DNA of 63,603 bases from Candidatus Woesearchaeota archaeon. Lineage in GTDB: Archaea > Nanobdellota > Nanobdellia > Woesearchaeales > JAWBMQ01. A program made the position numbers and the translations under genes. Where the stretch lies: the NCBI GenBank assembly GCA_038828875.1, contig JAWBMQ010000003.1, positions 1 to 63,603 on the forward strand, given 5' to 3'. Below are positions 16,692-26,003 of this stretch, piece after piece. The notes under the pieces are model-generated. The model searched no databases and was not told the DNA's origin. It worked only from the letters and a program-made list of their open reading frames with translations. Position 1 is the first letter of the stretch, and every line of letters starts with the position of its first letter.

Positions 16692-19589
16692 TTATTCCAC
16701 CAGAATTGCTGGTTTGAGGGGATTAGCTAAATTGGATTTTTGATGATCAAAAACATCTGCGTCTTTGATTTCAACAGTTGCATCGAAAATTTTAGCTATG
16801 TATGATTTAAGCTCTTCATAACTTTTCATCTCTAAATCTTTATCTAAAATTTCTGGAACAGATTTAATCAATTTTGAAAAGTTTTTAGCTATAGATTGAT
16901 CGTATTTTCCATATTTAGAAGCAATTTGCTTTAACATTTCATTAAACGTAACTTCTTGCTCTTGCATTCTTTTAATCTCTTTAAACATCTCATATTTGTA
17001 AGTTTTAGCAACAATCAAAGTTATTTTATTTATTTTTTCTAACTTAGCTAATTGTTTTATATTTTTAATATCTTCAATCAACTGCATAGCCAGATTATAT
17101 TTAAAAACTCCAGATCCTATTAATTTTTCATATTCTGGCCAAGATTCAAGTGAAACATAATTAGAATGTTTTCTATGCCAAAGTTCTTCTGCTAAATGTG
17201 GAGTTGCTGGTTGCATCATCTTTATTAAAGATTCTGAAAAATTCATAACAATTTGTTTATTTAATTTTTTGCCAACACTTTCACAAATTCTCTTATATTC
17301 ATAATAAATTTTCACATATTCAAAATATAATTTTTGAACATAAGTTCTATATCTGAAATTTTCTAAAGCATCAGTAATTTCTGAAATCAATTGATTAATT
17401 CTTTCTTCAGCAAACTCTTCTACCCAAGTTCTTTCTTCACTGTATTCTAAATTTTCAATTTCATTTACAAGAGAATTTATTTCTAACAACTTCTCTCGTG
17501 CAACATCAAAAAATTCTAATTCAAAAGTTGGATCATCAAGACCTTCGCCTGCATACAAAGAAGTTAATCTTGTAACATCAGCACCATAAGCAGTTAGTAA
17601 ATCTCTCAAGGTTTTAAAATTTCCTTTACTTTTTGACATCTTTTGAGTACCTACTTTAACATATCCATTTATATCGTAAATACACTTTGGCCATTTCTCT
17701 CTTGGAAAGATTGCAACATGATTAAAAATCAAGAAAGTTAGATGATTTTGAATCAAATCTTTTGCTGAATTTCTATAATCAAAACAATACCAATAATCAA
17801 ATTCTTCTTGCATCCTTTCAATTAAACCATCAGGAATATTGTATTTAACTTTTATCTCTTCTTTAGAGCCTTTTTTCAAGAAAATCAAATCAAAGAAATC
17901 ATCTTCTAACTTCTTATTAAGATTCCATCCATAATCCTGAGGATGCTGTAAATAAGGTGCTAAAGTATAAAAAGCCATGTAGATCGTTGAATCTGATAAT
18001 GATTCTATTACCCATTCTTTCTGCCAAGGTAAAGAAGTCCCTAAACCATGAAGTCTTGCACATGGCCATTGTTTTAACCAATCAATTGTGTTGAGTATTT
18101 GTTGCCTTACTGATTCATCATTAAACTTCATATCTTCAACACACTCTTTAGCTAATTTTTTCCATTCTGGATTACTATAATCTAAGAACCATTGATTTTG
18201 TAGTATTGCTGCAATTGCTTCAGTACCACATCTACAGACAACCTTTCCTGTTAGTTCATAAATTGGAACATTTAAATTCAAATCTCTCAATTTTTCAGCA
18301 ACTAAATCTTTAGCTTGATTCACTTTCATACCTGCAAACTCTTTACAATTGATAAGCATAGTCCCTTCATAAAATCCTGCTTGATAAACTAACTTCTTAG
18401 CTTCTTCTAATCTTGGATCATTTTGATCTTTGATTTGCCATTCTTCACAAATCTTTTTAGCAGGCAAAGTGCCTAATTCTTTTGAATCTATGATTGGAAT
18501 TAATTCTATACTTTTAACTTCTTCATAATTTAATCCATATTTTTTGCACTCTTCTGGATTATTTTGTAAATCTTTCAAAGCTTGATAATCATGTGGTGCA
18601 TCTGAAGGAACTGAAGTTACTAAACCAGTACCATAGTTTTCATCAACAAATTTTCCTGGCAAAATTGGAATCTCTCGATCGATGTAAGGAGCTACACATT
18701 TTTTACCGACTAATTCTTTCCCTTTAAAAGTTTCAACAATTTGTACTTTATAATTCTGATAACTTAATTTTTCAGCAGACCTTTTTGAAACGATCCATTT
18801 CTCTTTGAAATGTTTCTTATCTAAATCATATTCAATATCAATTAACACATAATCAACATCAGGATTTATCCAGAAATTAGTTTGACCAAAAACAGTTTCA
18901 GGTCTTAAAGTAGCTGCAATTAAATAAACTTCCATACCTTTATAATTGAACTTAAACTTCAAACCATTAAATTCTTGGGTAGTTTCTCCTTCTCCTTCGC
19001 TTCTTGCATGATCTGGAACTGAAGCATTACAATTAGGACAAAAAACAATAGGATATGATCCTGAAATAACATAACCTTTTTCCTTAAGTTTATTGAATTG
19101 CCATCTTATGAAAGAATCATAGGTATCGTTCAAATAAGTAGTAAAGAAATGTCTTCTCGTATCTAAGCTAAAACCATAACCATAAAGATCTTTTTTAGCC
19201 TCTTGTATAAAATATTTTACCCAATTTTCAGGATTTTCAAAGAATTTCAATTTCTCTTCATCTAAATCAGGAACAAATCTTTTTAATAGTTCAATTTGTT
19301 TAGCATCTCTTTGCTTTATCTTTTCAGCATAAACCGTAATCGGTGCTCCAGTTGCATGAAATGCATATGCCCATAAAACATTATAACCTCGCATTCTTTT
19401 ATACCTTGCGATTGTATCAGGATGTAAAGCAGTAACAGCATGACCTAAGTGCAATAAACCGTTTACATAAGGATACGGAGAAGTTAAGAAGTATTTCTTT
19501 TTAGAAGAATCTGGATTAGCATAGAAAATCTTATCTTCTTGCCATTTCTTTTGCCATTTTTTTTCTATTTCAAAAAAATTTAATTCCAT
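16692..19589 (-). CDS. leuS: Leucyl-tRNA synthetase (archaeal type)
   Basis: HIGH-type LLHLGHA and KMSKS (QKMSKSKGN). The chosen start MELNFFEIEKKWQKKW has GGTGA 4-5 nt upstream. The ORF-track start is 19622. Confidence 0.95.
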   Translation of the reverse strand: MELNFFEIEKKWQKKWQEDKIFYANPDSSKKKYFLTSPYPYVNGLLHLGHAVTALHPDTIARYKRMRGYNVLWAYAFHATGAPITVYAEKIKQRDAKQIELLKRFVPDLDEEKLKFFENPENWVKYFIQEAKKDLYGYGFSLDTRRHFFTTYLNDTYDSFIRWQFNKLKEKGYVISGSYPIVFCPNCNASVPDHARSEGEGETTQEFNGLKFKFNYKGMEVYLIAATLRPETVFGQTNFWINPDVDYVLIDIEYDLDKKHFKEKWIVSKRSAEKLSYQNYKVQIVETFKGKELVGKKCVAPYIDREIPILPGKFVDENYGTGLVTSVPSDAPHDYQALKDLQNNPEECKKYGLNYEEVKSIELIPIIDSKELGTLPAKKICEEWQIKDQNDPRLEEAKKLVYQAGFYEGTMLINCKEFAGMKVNQAKDLVAEKLRDLNLNVPIYELTGKVVCRCGTEAIAAILQNQWFLDYSNPEWKKLAKECVEDMKFNDESVRQQILNTIDWLKQWPCARLHGLGTSLPWQKEWVIESLSDSTIYMAFYTLAPYLQHPQDYGWNLNKKLEDDFFDLIFLKKGSKEEIKVKYNIPDGLIERMQEEFDYWYCFDYRNSAKDLIQNHLTFLIFNHVAIFPREKWPKCIYDINGYVKVGTQKMSKSKGNFKTLRDLLTAYGADVTRLTSLYAGEGLDDPTFELEFFDVAREKLLEINSLVNEIENLEYSEERTWVEEFAEERINQLISEITDALENFRYRTYVQKLYFEYVKIYYEYKRICESVGKKLNKQIVMNFSESLIKMMQPATPHLAEELWHRKHSNYVSLESWPEYEKLIGSGVFKYNLAMQLIEDIKNIKQLAKLEKINKITLIVAKTYKYEMFKEIKRMQEQEVTFNEMLKQIASKYGKYDQSIAKNFSKLIKSVPEILDKDLEMKSYEELKSYIAKIFDATVEIKDADVFDHQKSNLANPLKPAILVE

Positions 19590-19647
19590 ACTTTCACCTT
19601 TTTTGTTGGATGAAAAAAACATTTATTTAAATATTACTAAAAAATAG

Positions 19648-20481
19648 TTATTTTAACCTCACATATTCTTCATAAATATCAGGAATGTCAAAATAATACC
19701 TAGAAACAATTGAATTTTTGTGAGAAATTTCAATACCGTATTCTTGATTTTCATAAAGTTCAGGAGTAGAAAAAACAAACTTTAAAGTATCTCCAGGGTT
19801 AATTATATTAGTTTCATTTTCTTTGAAATGTTCAACAAAATAATGACCAAATTGAGAATATGGCTTTACTTTAATGCTTACTCCTTGAGAACATTCTGAA
19901 TGATCTACATTTCCAATTAAATACATTTTTCCATGAGAAATATTGTTGCTTATCAATTCATAATTTTCATCAAAATAATCTCCTACATTCCAAGGAATTA
20001 TTCTGAATTTATCGGTTTCGTTGAAGTACCAAAACAAGAATCCATCTTCAATAGAAATTTTATCTTCAACACAATCGTTGTTCAAATCTAAATTCACATA
20101 AGAAGTATCACAGAAAGTTATCTCCTTTTCTCTATTAAAAAATGTTGAATTTTCATTATAGCAATAAACTATGTTAAAAGGAGTTAAAACTAAATAAACA
20201 TCTTTGACTAAAATTTTTTTAGAGGATGAAAGAAGTTTTGAATATACATTTAATTTTTCTATAGATTTGTTTTCGCTTAACCTAGAATTTCCAAATATCG
20301 AAATAATCTCAAAAAAAGAAGTTATTTTATCTCTAGTCGAAGAACTGACTTGATAACTTCTTTGCTGTAAAACACCTGCAGTCCTTATTATAGTTCCAGA
20401 CGCTATTGTAGCTGCAAGAATTGTAGCTAAAAAAACAATTAATGTCCCAATTCCTATCTCAGATTTTTTTGAAATGTTCAT
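19648..20481 (-). CDS. Archaellin-family protein (class III signal peptide), orphan copy
   Basis: The N-terminus KKSEIGIGTLIVFLATILAATIASGTIIRTAGVLQQRS matches the conserved archaellin N-terminal helix. The C-terminal domain is unrelated, Cys-containing, and has a DLNNDCVED loop. Confidence 0.7.
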   Translation of the reverse strand: MNISKKSEIGIGTLIVFLATILAATIASGTIIRTAGVLQQRSYQVSSSTRDKITSFFEIISIFGNSRLSENKSIEKLNVYSKLLSSSKKILVKDVYLVLTPFNIVYCYNENSTFFNREKEITFCDTSYVNLDLNNDCVEDKISIEDGFLFWYFNETDKFRIIPWNVGDYFDENYELISNNISHGKMYLIGNVDHSECSQGVSIKVKPYSQFGHYFVEHFKENETNIINPGDTLKFVFSTPELYENQEYGIEISHKNSIVSRYYFDIPDIYEEYVRLK

Positions 20482-20583
20482 AAAAGATTATTGTATAAAA
20501 ACATTTAAAAATATATTTAAAATTATTAAAAATCTTTGAAAAGATTTATAAATAATTCATCTAACCTTTAACTTGGTGAGTTT

Positions 20584-20742
20584 ATGAAGTGCACATCATG
20601 TGGAAAACAAATCAAAAACGATTTCAGCGCAACTAAATTTCCTTGTCCTGAATGTGGTTATGAAATAGTTAGATGTGGAGAATGTAGAGCCAGAGGAACA
20701 AAGTACATTTGCCCCAAATGTGGTTTTGAAGGACCTAATTAA
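20584..20742 (+). CDS. Zn-ribbon protein (COG2888-like), conserved partner upstream of aEF-1beta
   Basis: 52 aa, below the ORF-track cutoff: MKCTSCGKQI...FPCPECGYEIVRCGECRARGTKYICPKCGF has four CxxC pairs. GGTGAG lies 4 nt upstream. Confidence 0.6.
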   Translation: MKCTSCGKQIKNDFSATKFPCPECGYEIVRCGECRARGTKYICPKCGFEGPN

Positions 20743-20754
20743 AATGGTGAAAGA

Positions 20755-21042
20755 ATGGCTAATGTTGTCATAACAATAAAAATTTTGCCTTCTGATCCTG
20801 AAGTAGATATTGATGAATTGTATGAAAAGGCATTACCTATTTTAAAGGAAAACGGAGCAATTATAGAACCTGATTTAGTAAGAAAAGAAGTTCAACCAAT
20901 TGGTTTTGGTTTAAGTGCATTAATTATAAGATTTCTTTATCCTGAAAGCAAAGGAAATCCTGATGTTTTGGAAGACGCTTTAAGAACACTCGACAATGTA
21001 GATGAAGTTAGTATTGTTGATGTTAGAAGAGCTTTTGGATAA
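20755..21042 (+). CDS. Translation elongation factor aEF-1 beta
   Basis: MANVVITIKILPSDPEVDIDEL...QPIGFGLSAL...VDEVSIVDVRR matches the aEF-1beta pattern. GGTGA SD is present. Confidence 0.85.
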   Translation: MANVVITIKILPSDPEVDIDELYEKALPILKENGAIIEPDLVRKEVQPIGFGLSALIIRFLYPESKGNPDVLEDALRTLDNVDEVSIVDVRRAFG

Positions 21043-21081
21043 TCTTTTTTTCTAATTTTTATTCATTTTTTATCAACAATA

Positions 21082-21089
21082 TTTATAAA
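21082..21089 (+). promoter_or_regulatory. Putative TATA box (TTTATAAA) for scpB-gyrA
   Basis: Begins exactly 30 nt upstream of ATG 21112. No SD. Confidence 0.45.
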
Positions 21090-21111
21090 ATTAAAATTCT
21101 TAAGATAACCT

Positions 21112-22344
21112 ATGGATGAAAAAAAATTATTGGGAGCAGTAGAAACAATTCTCTTTGCAATAGGAAGAGGAGTAAGCGTAGAATATATTAAAAATTTGCT
21201 TGAAAAGACTTATAATGAAAGTATAAGTCAAAAAGAGATTATTGAAGCTTTAAAGAAGATTAAGGAATTCTACAATGGAAGTTATGGTTTAAAAGTTTAT
21301 GAAAACAATGAGCTTTGGTTTTTGTCTTCTAAAGAAGAGTTTGTAAATGTGATTGCAAATTTAACAGATGAAGTTGATTTAACAAAATCAGTGCTAGAAA
21401 CTTTAGCAGTCATCGCATGGAAAGCACCTGTCTTGCAATCAGAAATTATTGAATTAAGAAATGTTAAGGCTTATGAACACATTGAGATTCTTGAAAAAAG
21501 AGGATTCATAAAATGTGAAAAATTTGGAAATACTAAACTGATCAAGCTTACAGATAAATTTTTTGATTACTTTGATTTAGAAGGAAGTGAAAATTTAAAA
21601 GAATTGTTTAGTCAACGGTTAAAAGAGTTTGAAGAAAAAATTAAGCAGAAGAAAGAAAAAAATAAGAAGAATGAAACTTCTGAAAACATTGCTCAAGAAC
21701 AAGTAAATGTTCAAAACCAACAAATTCAAGAAACAAACAATAATCAAAATATTCAAACATTAGAAAATGCTCAAAACGTAGAATCAAAAGAAGAAAAAAT
21801 AAAAGAAGATAAAAAAACTAATGAAGAAAATAAAGAAAAAAATGTTGAAAATTTAGTTATTGATAAAAAATTAGAGAGTGCTATTGAAAGCATATTAAAC
21901 AAAAAAGACGATGAAAAACCAACAAAATTCCTTCAAACTAAAAATCAAAACCAAAAGAAAGTGGAAAATAAGCTGAATAGTGTTAATTCAAATCAATTTT
22001 TAGAAAATAAGATAGAAAAAGAAAATATTTCTTCGTCAATAATTCTTTCTAATAAAAACAACAATACACTTCAAAGTACAACTCAAAACTCTTCAATCAT
22101 TACTTCCAACAAAAATCAAAAGAAAAAAGAAGATACAACTAAAAAAATAGAGGAGAATAATAATTCAAAAATACTGAATCAAAGCAGTAAGAAAAAGAAT
22201 GATCTTTTTTCAAATAAGAAAAAATTAACTAACTTTGAAAAAACAAAGGATAATGAAGAAAGTAGTGAAAATGAATTAAAAAATAAAATAATTGAAAATT
22301 TCAAAGAACTCTATTCCGAAGATGATGATAATGAAGAAGAATAA
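21112..22344 (+). CDS. scpB: ScpB-like segregation/condensation protein with a long low-complexity tail
   Basis: The first 165 aa or so look like tandem wHTH (LLGAVETILFAIGRGVS..., VLETLAVIAWKAPVLQSEIIELRNV..YEHIEILEKRGFI). The remaining 245 aa or so are K/E/N/Q-rich low complexity. Confidence 0.65.
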   Translation: MDEKKLLGAVETILFAIGRGVSVEYIKNLLEKTYNESISQKEIIEALKKIKEFYNGSYGLKVYENNELWFLSSKEEFVNVIANLTDEVDLTKSVLETLAVIAWKAPVLQSEIIELRNVKAYEHIEILEKRGFIKCEKFGNTKLIKLTDKFFDYFDLEGSENLKELFSQRLKEFEEKIKQKKEKNKKNETSENIAQEQVNVQNQQIQETNNNQNIQTLENAQNVESKEEKIKEDKKTNEENKEKNVENLVIDKKLESAIESILNKKDDEKPTKFLQTKNQNQKKVENKLNSVNSNQFLENKIEKENISSSIILSNKNNNTLQSTTQNSSIITSNKNQKKKEDTTKKIEENNNSKILNQSSKKKNDLFSNKKKLTNFEKTKDNEESSENELKNKIIENFKELYSEDDDNEEE

Positions 22345-22370
22345 CATTTTAAAATAAATGGTTCTTTCTT

Positions 22371-24815
22371 ATGTATGGTGTTATTATGGAAGAAAAAAAC
22401 ACAAAAGAAAATCCTTCAGAAATCATTCCTGTCGAAATTACTGATGAAGTTAAATCATCTTACTTAGATTACGCAATGTCTGTAATTGTAAGCAGAGCAT
22501 TGCCAGATGTTAGAGATGGTCTAAAACCTGTACAAAGAAGAATACTTTACAGTGCTAAAGAGCTTTCCCTTTATCATAATCAACCTTACAAGAAAAGTGC
22601 AAGATTAGTCGGAGAAGTTTTAGGTAAGTATCATCCTCATGGAGATAGTGCAATCTATGAAGCAATTGTAAGAATGGCACAACCTTTTTCTTTGAGATAT
22701 CCTCTTATTGATGGACAAGGTAATTTTGGTAGCATTGATGGTGATGATGCTGCAGCAATGAGGTATACTGAAGTGAGATTAAGCAGAATCGCTGAAGAAA
22801 TGCTAGAAGATTTAGATAAAGAAACAGTAGCATTTGTACCTAATTTTGATAACACTTTGGAAGAACCAACAGTTTTGCCTTCAAAAATTCCAAATTTATT
22901 GCTAAATGGAGTTAATGGTATTGCTGTAGGTATGGCAACAAACATTCCACCTCATAATTTAAACGAAGTTTGTGATGCAATTATTGAAATAATAAAAAAT
23001 CCAGAAATAGACATAATTAGTTTAACCAAAATCATAAAAGGACCTGATTTTCCTACTGGAGGGATCATAGAAGGAAAAGATGGAATTTTGAATGCATATT
23101 CAACAGGAAAAGGTAAAATAGTATTATCTTGCAAATATCATTTTGAACAAAACAAGAATAAGGAATTTATCATTATAGATGAAATTCCCTATCAAACTTC
23201 TAAAGCAGACATCATTAAAGAAATTGCAGAATTAGCAAAAAACAATGAAATTGAGATAAATGAAATACGAGATGAAAGTGATAGAAAACATGGAATAAGA
23301 ATAGTGATTGAAGTTGAAAAGGGAAAAGATATTAACATAGTGCTTAACAAAATTTTAGCAAAAACAAAACTAAGAACATCGTACAACATATTAATGCTAG
23401 GATTAGTAAATAATCAACCTAAAATATTAAATCTTAAAGAGATTTTAATTCATTTCATAAACCACAGAGTTGAAATCATAAAAAGAAGAACTGAATTCTT
23501 AAAGAAAAAAGCAGAAGAAAGATTGCACATTGTAGATGGATTAGTTAAAGCTACTGATAAAATTGATTTAACAATTAATATTTTAAAAAATTCGAATGAT
23601 GTTCAAGAGGCTATTGAAAAATTAAAACAAGAATTGAATATTGATGAAATTCAAGCTAAAGCAATACTAGATATGAAATTACAAAGAATTATTGCATTAG
23701 AAAGAAACAAATTAGTTGAAGAAAAAAATAATTTAGAAAAAGATATCATTCAATATAAAGAAATATTAGGAAGTAAAGAAAGGATAAATCAAATAATCAT
23801 TGATGAGTTAACAACAATTAAAGAAAAATATGGTGATTCTAGAAAAACCGAAATCAAAGATTTTGTAGAAAATTTAGAAATTGAGGATTTAATTCACGAT
23901 GAAGCAATAGCAATAGTAATAGATGATAAAGGATTTATCAAACGAATTCCTTTGGAAGATTTAAAAATAAGTAGTAGACAAGATAGATCAAAAGATAGAA
24001 TCAATGAAAATGTAACTACTATAATTATTACATCCACAAAGCAAAATATCTTTTTAATGACTAAATCTGGAAAACTTTTCATAAGAAAAGCATATGTCAT
24101 TGAAAATGCATCTAAAAAAGCAAGAGGAAATCACTTAAACAACATCTTAAATATTAAAGATGATCCTGTTGTTGCAATTTGTAACGTTGGATCTGAAATT
24201 GATCCTTCTAAATACCTATTTATTGTAACAAATTTAGGATATGTAAAGAAAGTAAAATTAGAAGAGTTCTCAAATTTAAAAAATTCAGGAATTAAAGCAA
24301 TTTCTTTGAATGAAAACGAACATGTAAAAAAGATGTTTATAATTGATAAAAATGATGATATTGTTATAACAACAAAGAATGGAAAGTTCATTAGATTTGA
24401 TCAAGAAGAAGTTTCTGAATTAGGAAGAAATGCTCATGGAGTAATTGGAATAAGAATGGAAGAAAATGACGAAATTATAAATTCATTCCCTGTAAAGAAA
24501 GATTATAACAACGTTTTCATTCTTGCAGTTTCTAAGGAAGGGAAAGGTAAGAAAACTGAAATTTCAGAATATAACAAAATAGGAAGAGGAGGGAAAGGAA
24601 TCATAAACATAAATGCTGAAGAAGTAATTTTCTCTGATTGTGTAACTCAAGATGATGAAATTATATTAATAACAAAACAAGGATATTTAAGAAGACTTCC
24701 TGTAATTGAAATTCCAACCTTAGGAAGAAACACTTCAGGAGTAATTCTATTTAGGCCTTATGAAGGAGATGAACTAAGTTGTGGAGTTAAAATAGAAAAA
24801 GATTTTAAAAATTAA
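22371..24815 (+). CDS. gyrA: DNA gyrase subunit A
   Basis: [19 protein letters not shown], the active-site region AAMRYTE, and a C-terminal beta-pinwheel repeat region. Confidence 0.95.
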   Translation: MYGVIMEEKNTKENPSEIIPVEITDEVKSSYLDYAMSVIVSRALPDVRDGLKPVQRRILYSAKELSLYHNQPYKKSARLVGEVLGKYHPHGDSAIYEAIVRMAQPFSLRYPLIDGQGNFGSIDGDDAAAMRYTEVRLSRIAEEMLEDLDKETVAFVPNFDNTLEEPTVLPSKIPNLLLNGVNGIAVGMATNIPPHNLNEVCDAIIEIIKNPEIDIISLTKIIKGPDFPTGGIIEGKDGILNAYSTGKGKIVLSCKYHFEQNKNKEFIIIDEIPYQTSKADIIKEIAELAKNNEIEINEIRDESDRKHGIRIVIEVEKGKDINIVLNKILAKTKLRTSYNILMLGLVNNQPKILNLKEILIHFINHRVEIIKRRTEFLKKKAEERLHIVDGLVKATDKIDLTINILKNSNDVQEAIEKLKQELNIDEIQAKAILDMKLQRIIALERNKLVEEKNNLEKDIIQYKEILGSKERINQIIIDELTTIKEKYGDSRKTEIKDFVENLEIEDLIHDEAIAIVIDDKGFIKRIPLEDLKISSRQDRSKDRINENVTTIIITSTKQNIFLMTKSGKLFIRKAYVIENASKKARGNHLNNILNIKDDPVVAICNVGSEIDPSKYLFIVTNLGYVKKVKLEEFSNLKNSGIKAISLNENEHVKKMFIIDKNDDIVITTKNGKFIRFDQEEVSELGRNAHGVIGIRMEENDEIINSFPVKKDYNNVFILAVSKEGKGKKTEISEYNKIGRGGKGIININAEEVIFSDCVTQDDEIILITKQGYLRRLPVIEIPTLGRNTSGVILFRPYEGDELSCGVKIEKDFKN

Positions 24816-24816
24816 G

Positions 24817-25095
24817 ATGATCTTTAAATTGTTAGGTTTTTTGGATCTTGTTTTTGGAATTTTATTGCTATTTTTAAATAGTTTCCCTAAAACTGTTTCT
24901 ATTAGAATATCTTTGCTTGCTTTAATGTACTTCATAATAAAATTTGCTATGTTCTTTGGAGATCGTGCAACTTTTGGCGATTTTTTAGTTGGATTATATT
25001 TTTTATTTTCATCCTTCTTTTTTAGCATTCCTATTTTAAGTGTAATCTCTTCCATATATTTACTTCAAAAAGCAATATTAACTTTAATTTTCTAA
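24817..25095 (+). CDS. Small membrane protein (about 3 TM)
   Basis: 92-aa hydrophobic ORF. Its ATG lies 1 nt after the gyrA stop. Confidence 0.45.
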   Translation: MIFKLLGFLDLVFGILLLFLNSFPKTVSIRISLLALMYFIIKFAMFFGDRATFGDFLVGLYFLFSSFFFSIPILSVISSIYLLQKAILTLIF

Positions 25096-25140
25096 TTAAT
25101 CACAATATTTTTATATTAAATCATTTAGAATAACTATAAA

Positions 25141-26001
25141 ATGAAACTATCTAAAACTCAAATTATTTTTTCAATTCTTGTTGTAATATTATCTGTAATT
25201 GTTTCGTTGGTTTTAAGAAATTCTCAATATATTTCATTAGAAAATTTAGCTTCTTTTGACAATATTTTTGTAAATTATAAAGAATTCTTAAAGGAAATAA
25301 TTTTAATAAGTCTTGTTCTAGGAATTACGATTTCTTCAGGAATCTTATTCTATGAACATAAAGCTTTAAAATTCATTTCACTGCTGCCGAGTTTGATGAT
25401 GATTATTTTATCAAACAACCTAATAACATTTTATCTAGGAATTAGCTTACTTCTTGGAACTTTCATCTGGGTTTTATTTCCAACACCATTGCTAATTAAA
25501 AATTATTTTTCAAAAGTTTCTGGTTTATCTTATTATGCCTCTTCAATATATTCTAAAGCTAACCTAATTTTCTTCATTCTTATTTTAACCTATCTATTTA
25601 ACAATCAAACGTTAATAAACAATAGTTTTAACAATTATTTTAAAATGGCTGAAGTTAGCATGTCTGATGATGAAATAAGAAAATTGATTGCTGATTCTCT
25701 AAAAAAACAACAAGGGTTTCCTGTAACTGCGAATGATGTTCCACAAGAAATGGTTGATCAATTTAAAAATGAAATTAAAAGAAATCAAGAAACGGTAATG
25801 CAAAGTATAAAAGAAAAAATCCAGCAAAATGAAAAGCTTAGAATTCTTTTACTATTTAGTTTTGCTGGTTTATTTTCATTTTTTATTTTCTTAATTTTCT
25901 TAATTGCTAGATTTTTTGGATTTGTATATTTTATGTTAATTGCTAAAGTTAAATTACTATCTGAGGACTCAAATAACTCTAACAATACTCTTCAAAATTA
26001 A
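25141..26001 (+). CDS. Hypothetical polytopic membrane protein (286 aa)
   Basis: About 5 TM segments, a charged helix (MSDDEIRKLIADSLKK...), then a final TM. Confidence 0.55.
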   Translation: MKLSKTQIIFSILVVILSVIVSLVLRNSQYISLENLASFDNIFVNYKEFLKEIILISLVLGITISSGILFYEHKALKFISLLPSLMMIILSNNLITFYLGISLLLGTFIWVLFPTPLLIKNYFSKVSGLSYYASSIYSKANLIFFILILTYLFNNQTLINNSFNNYFKMAEVSMSDDEIRKLIADSLKKQQGFPVTANDVPQEMVDQFKNEIKRNQETVMQSIKEKIQQNEKLRILLLFSFAGLFSFFIFLIFLIARFFGFVYFMLIAKVKLLSEDSNNSNNTLQN

Positions 26002-26003
26002 AA

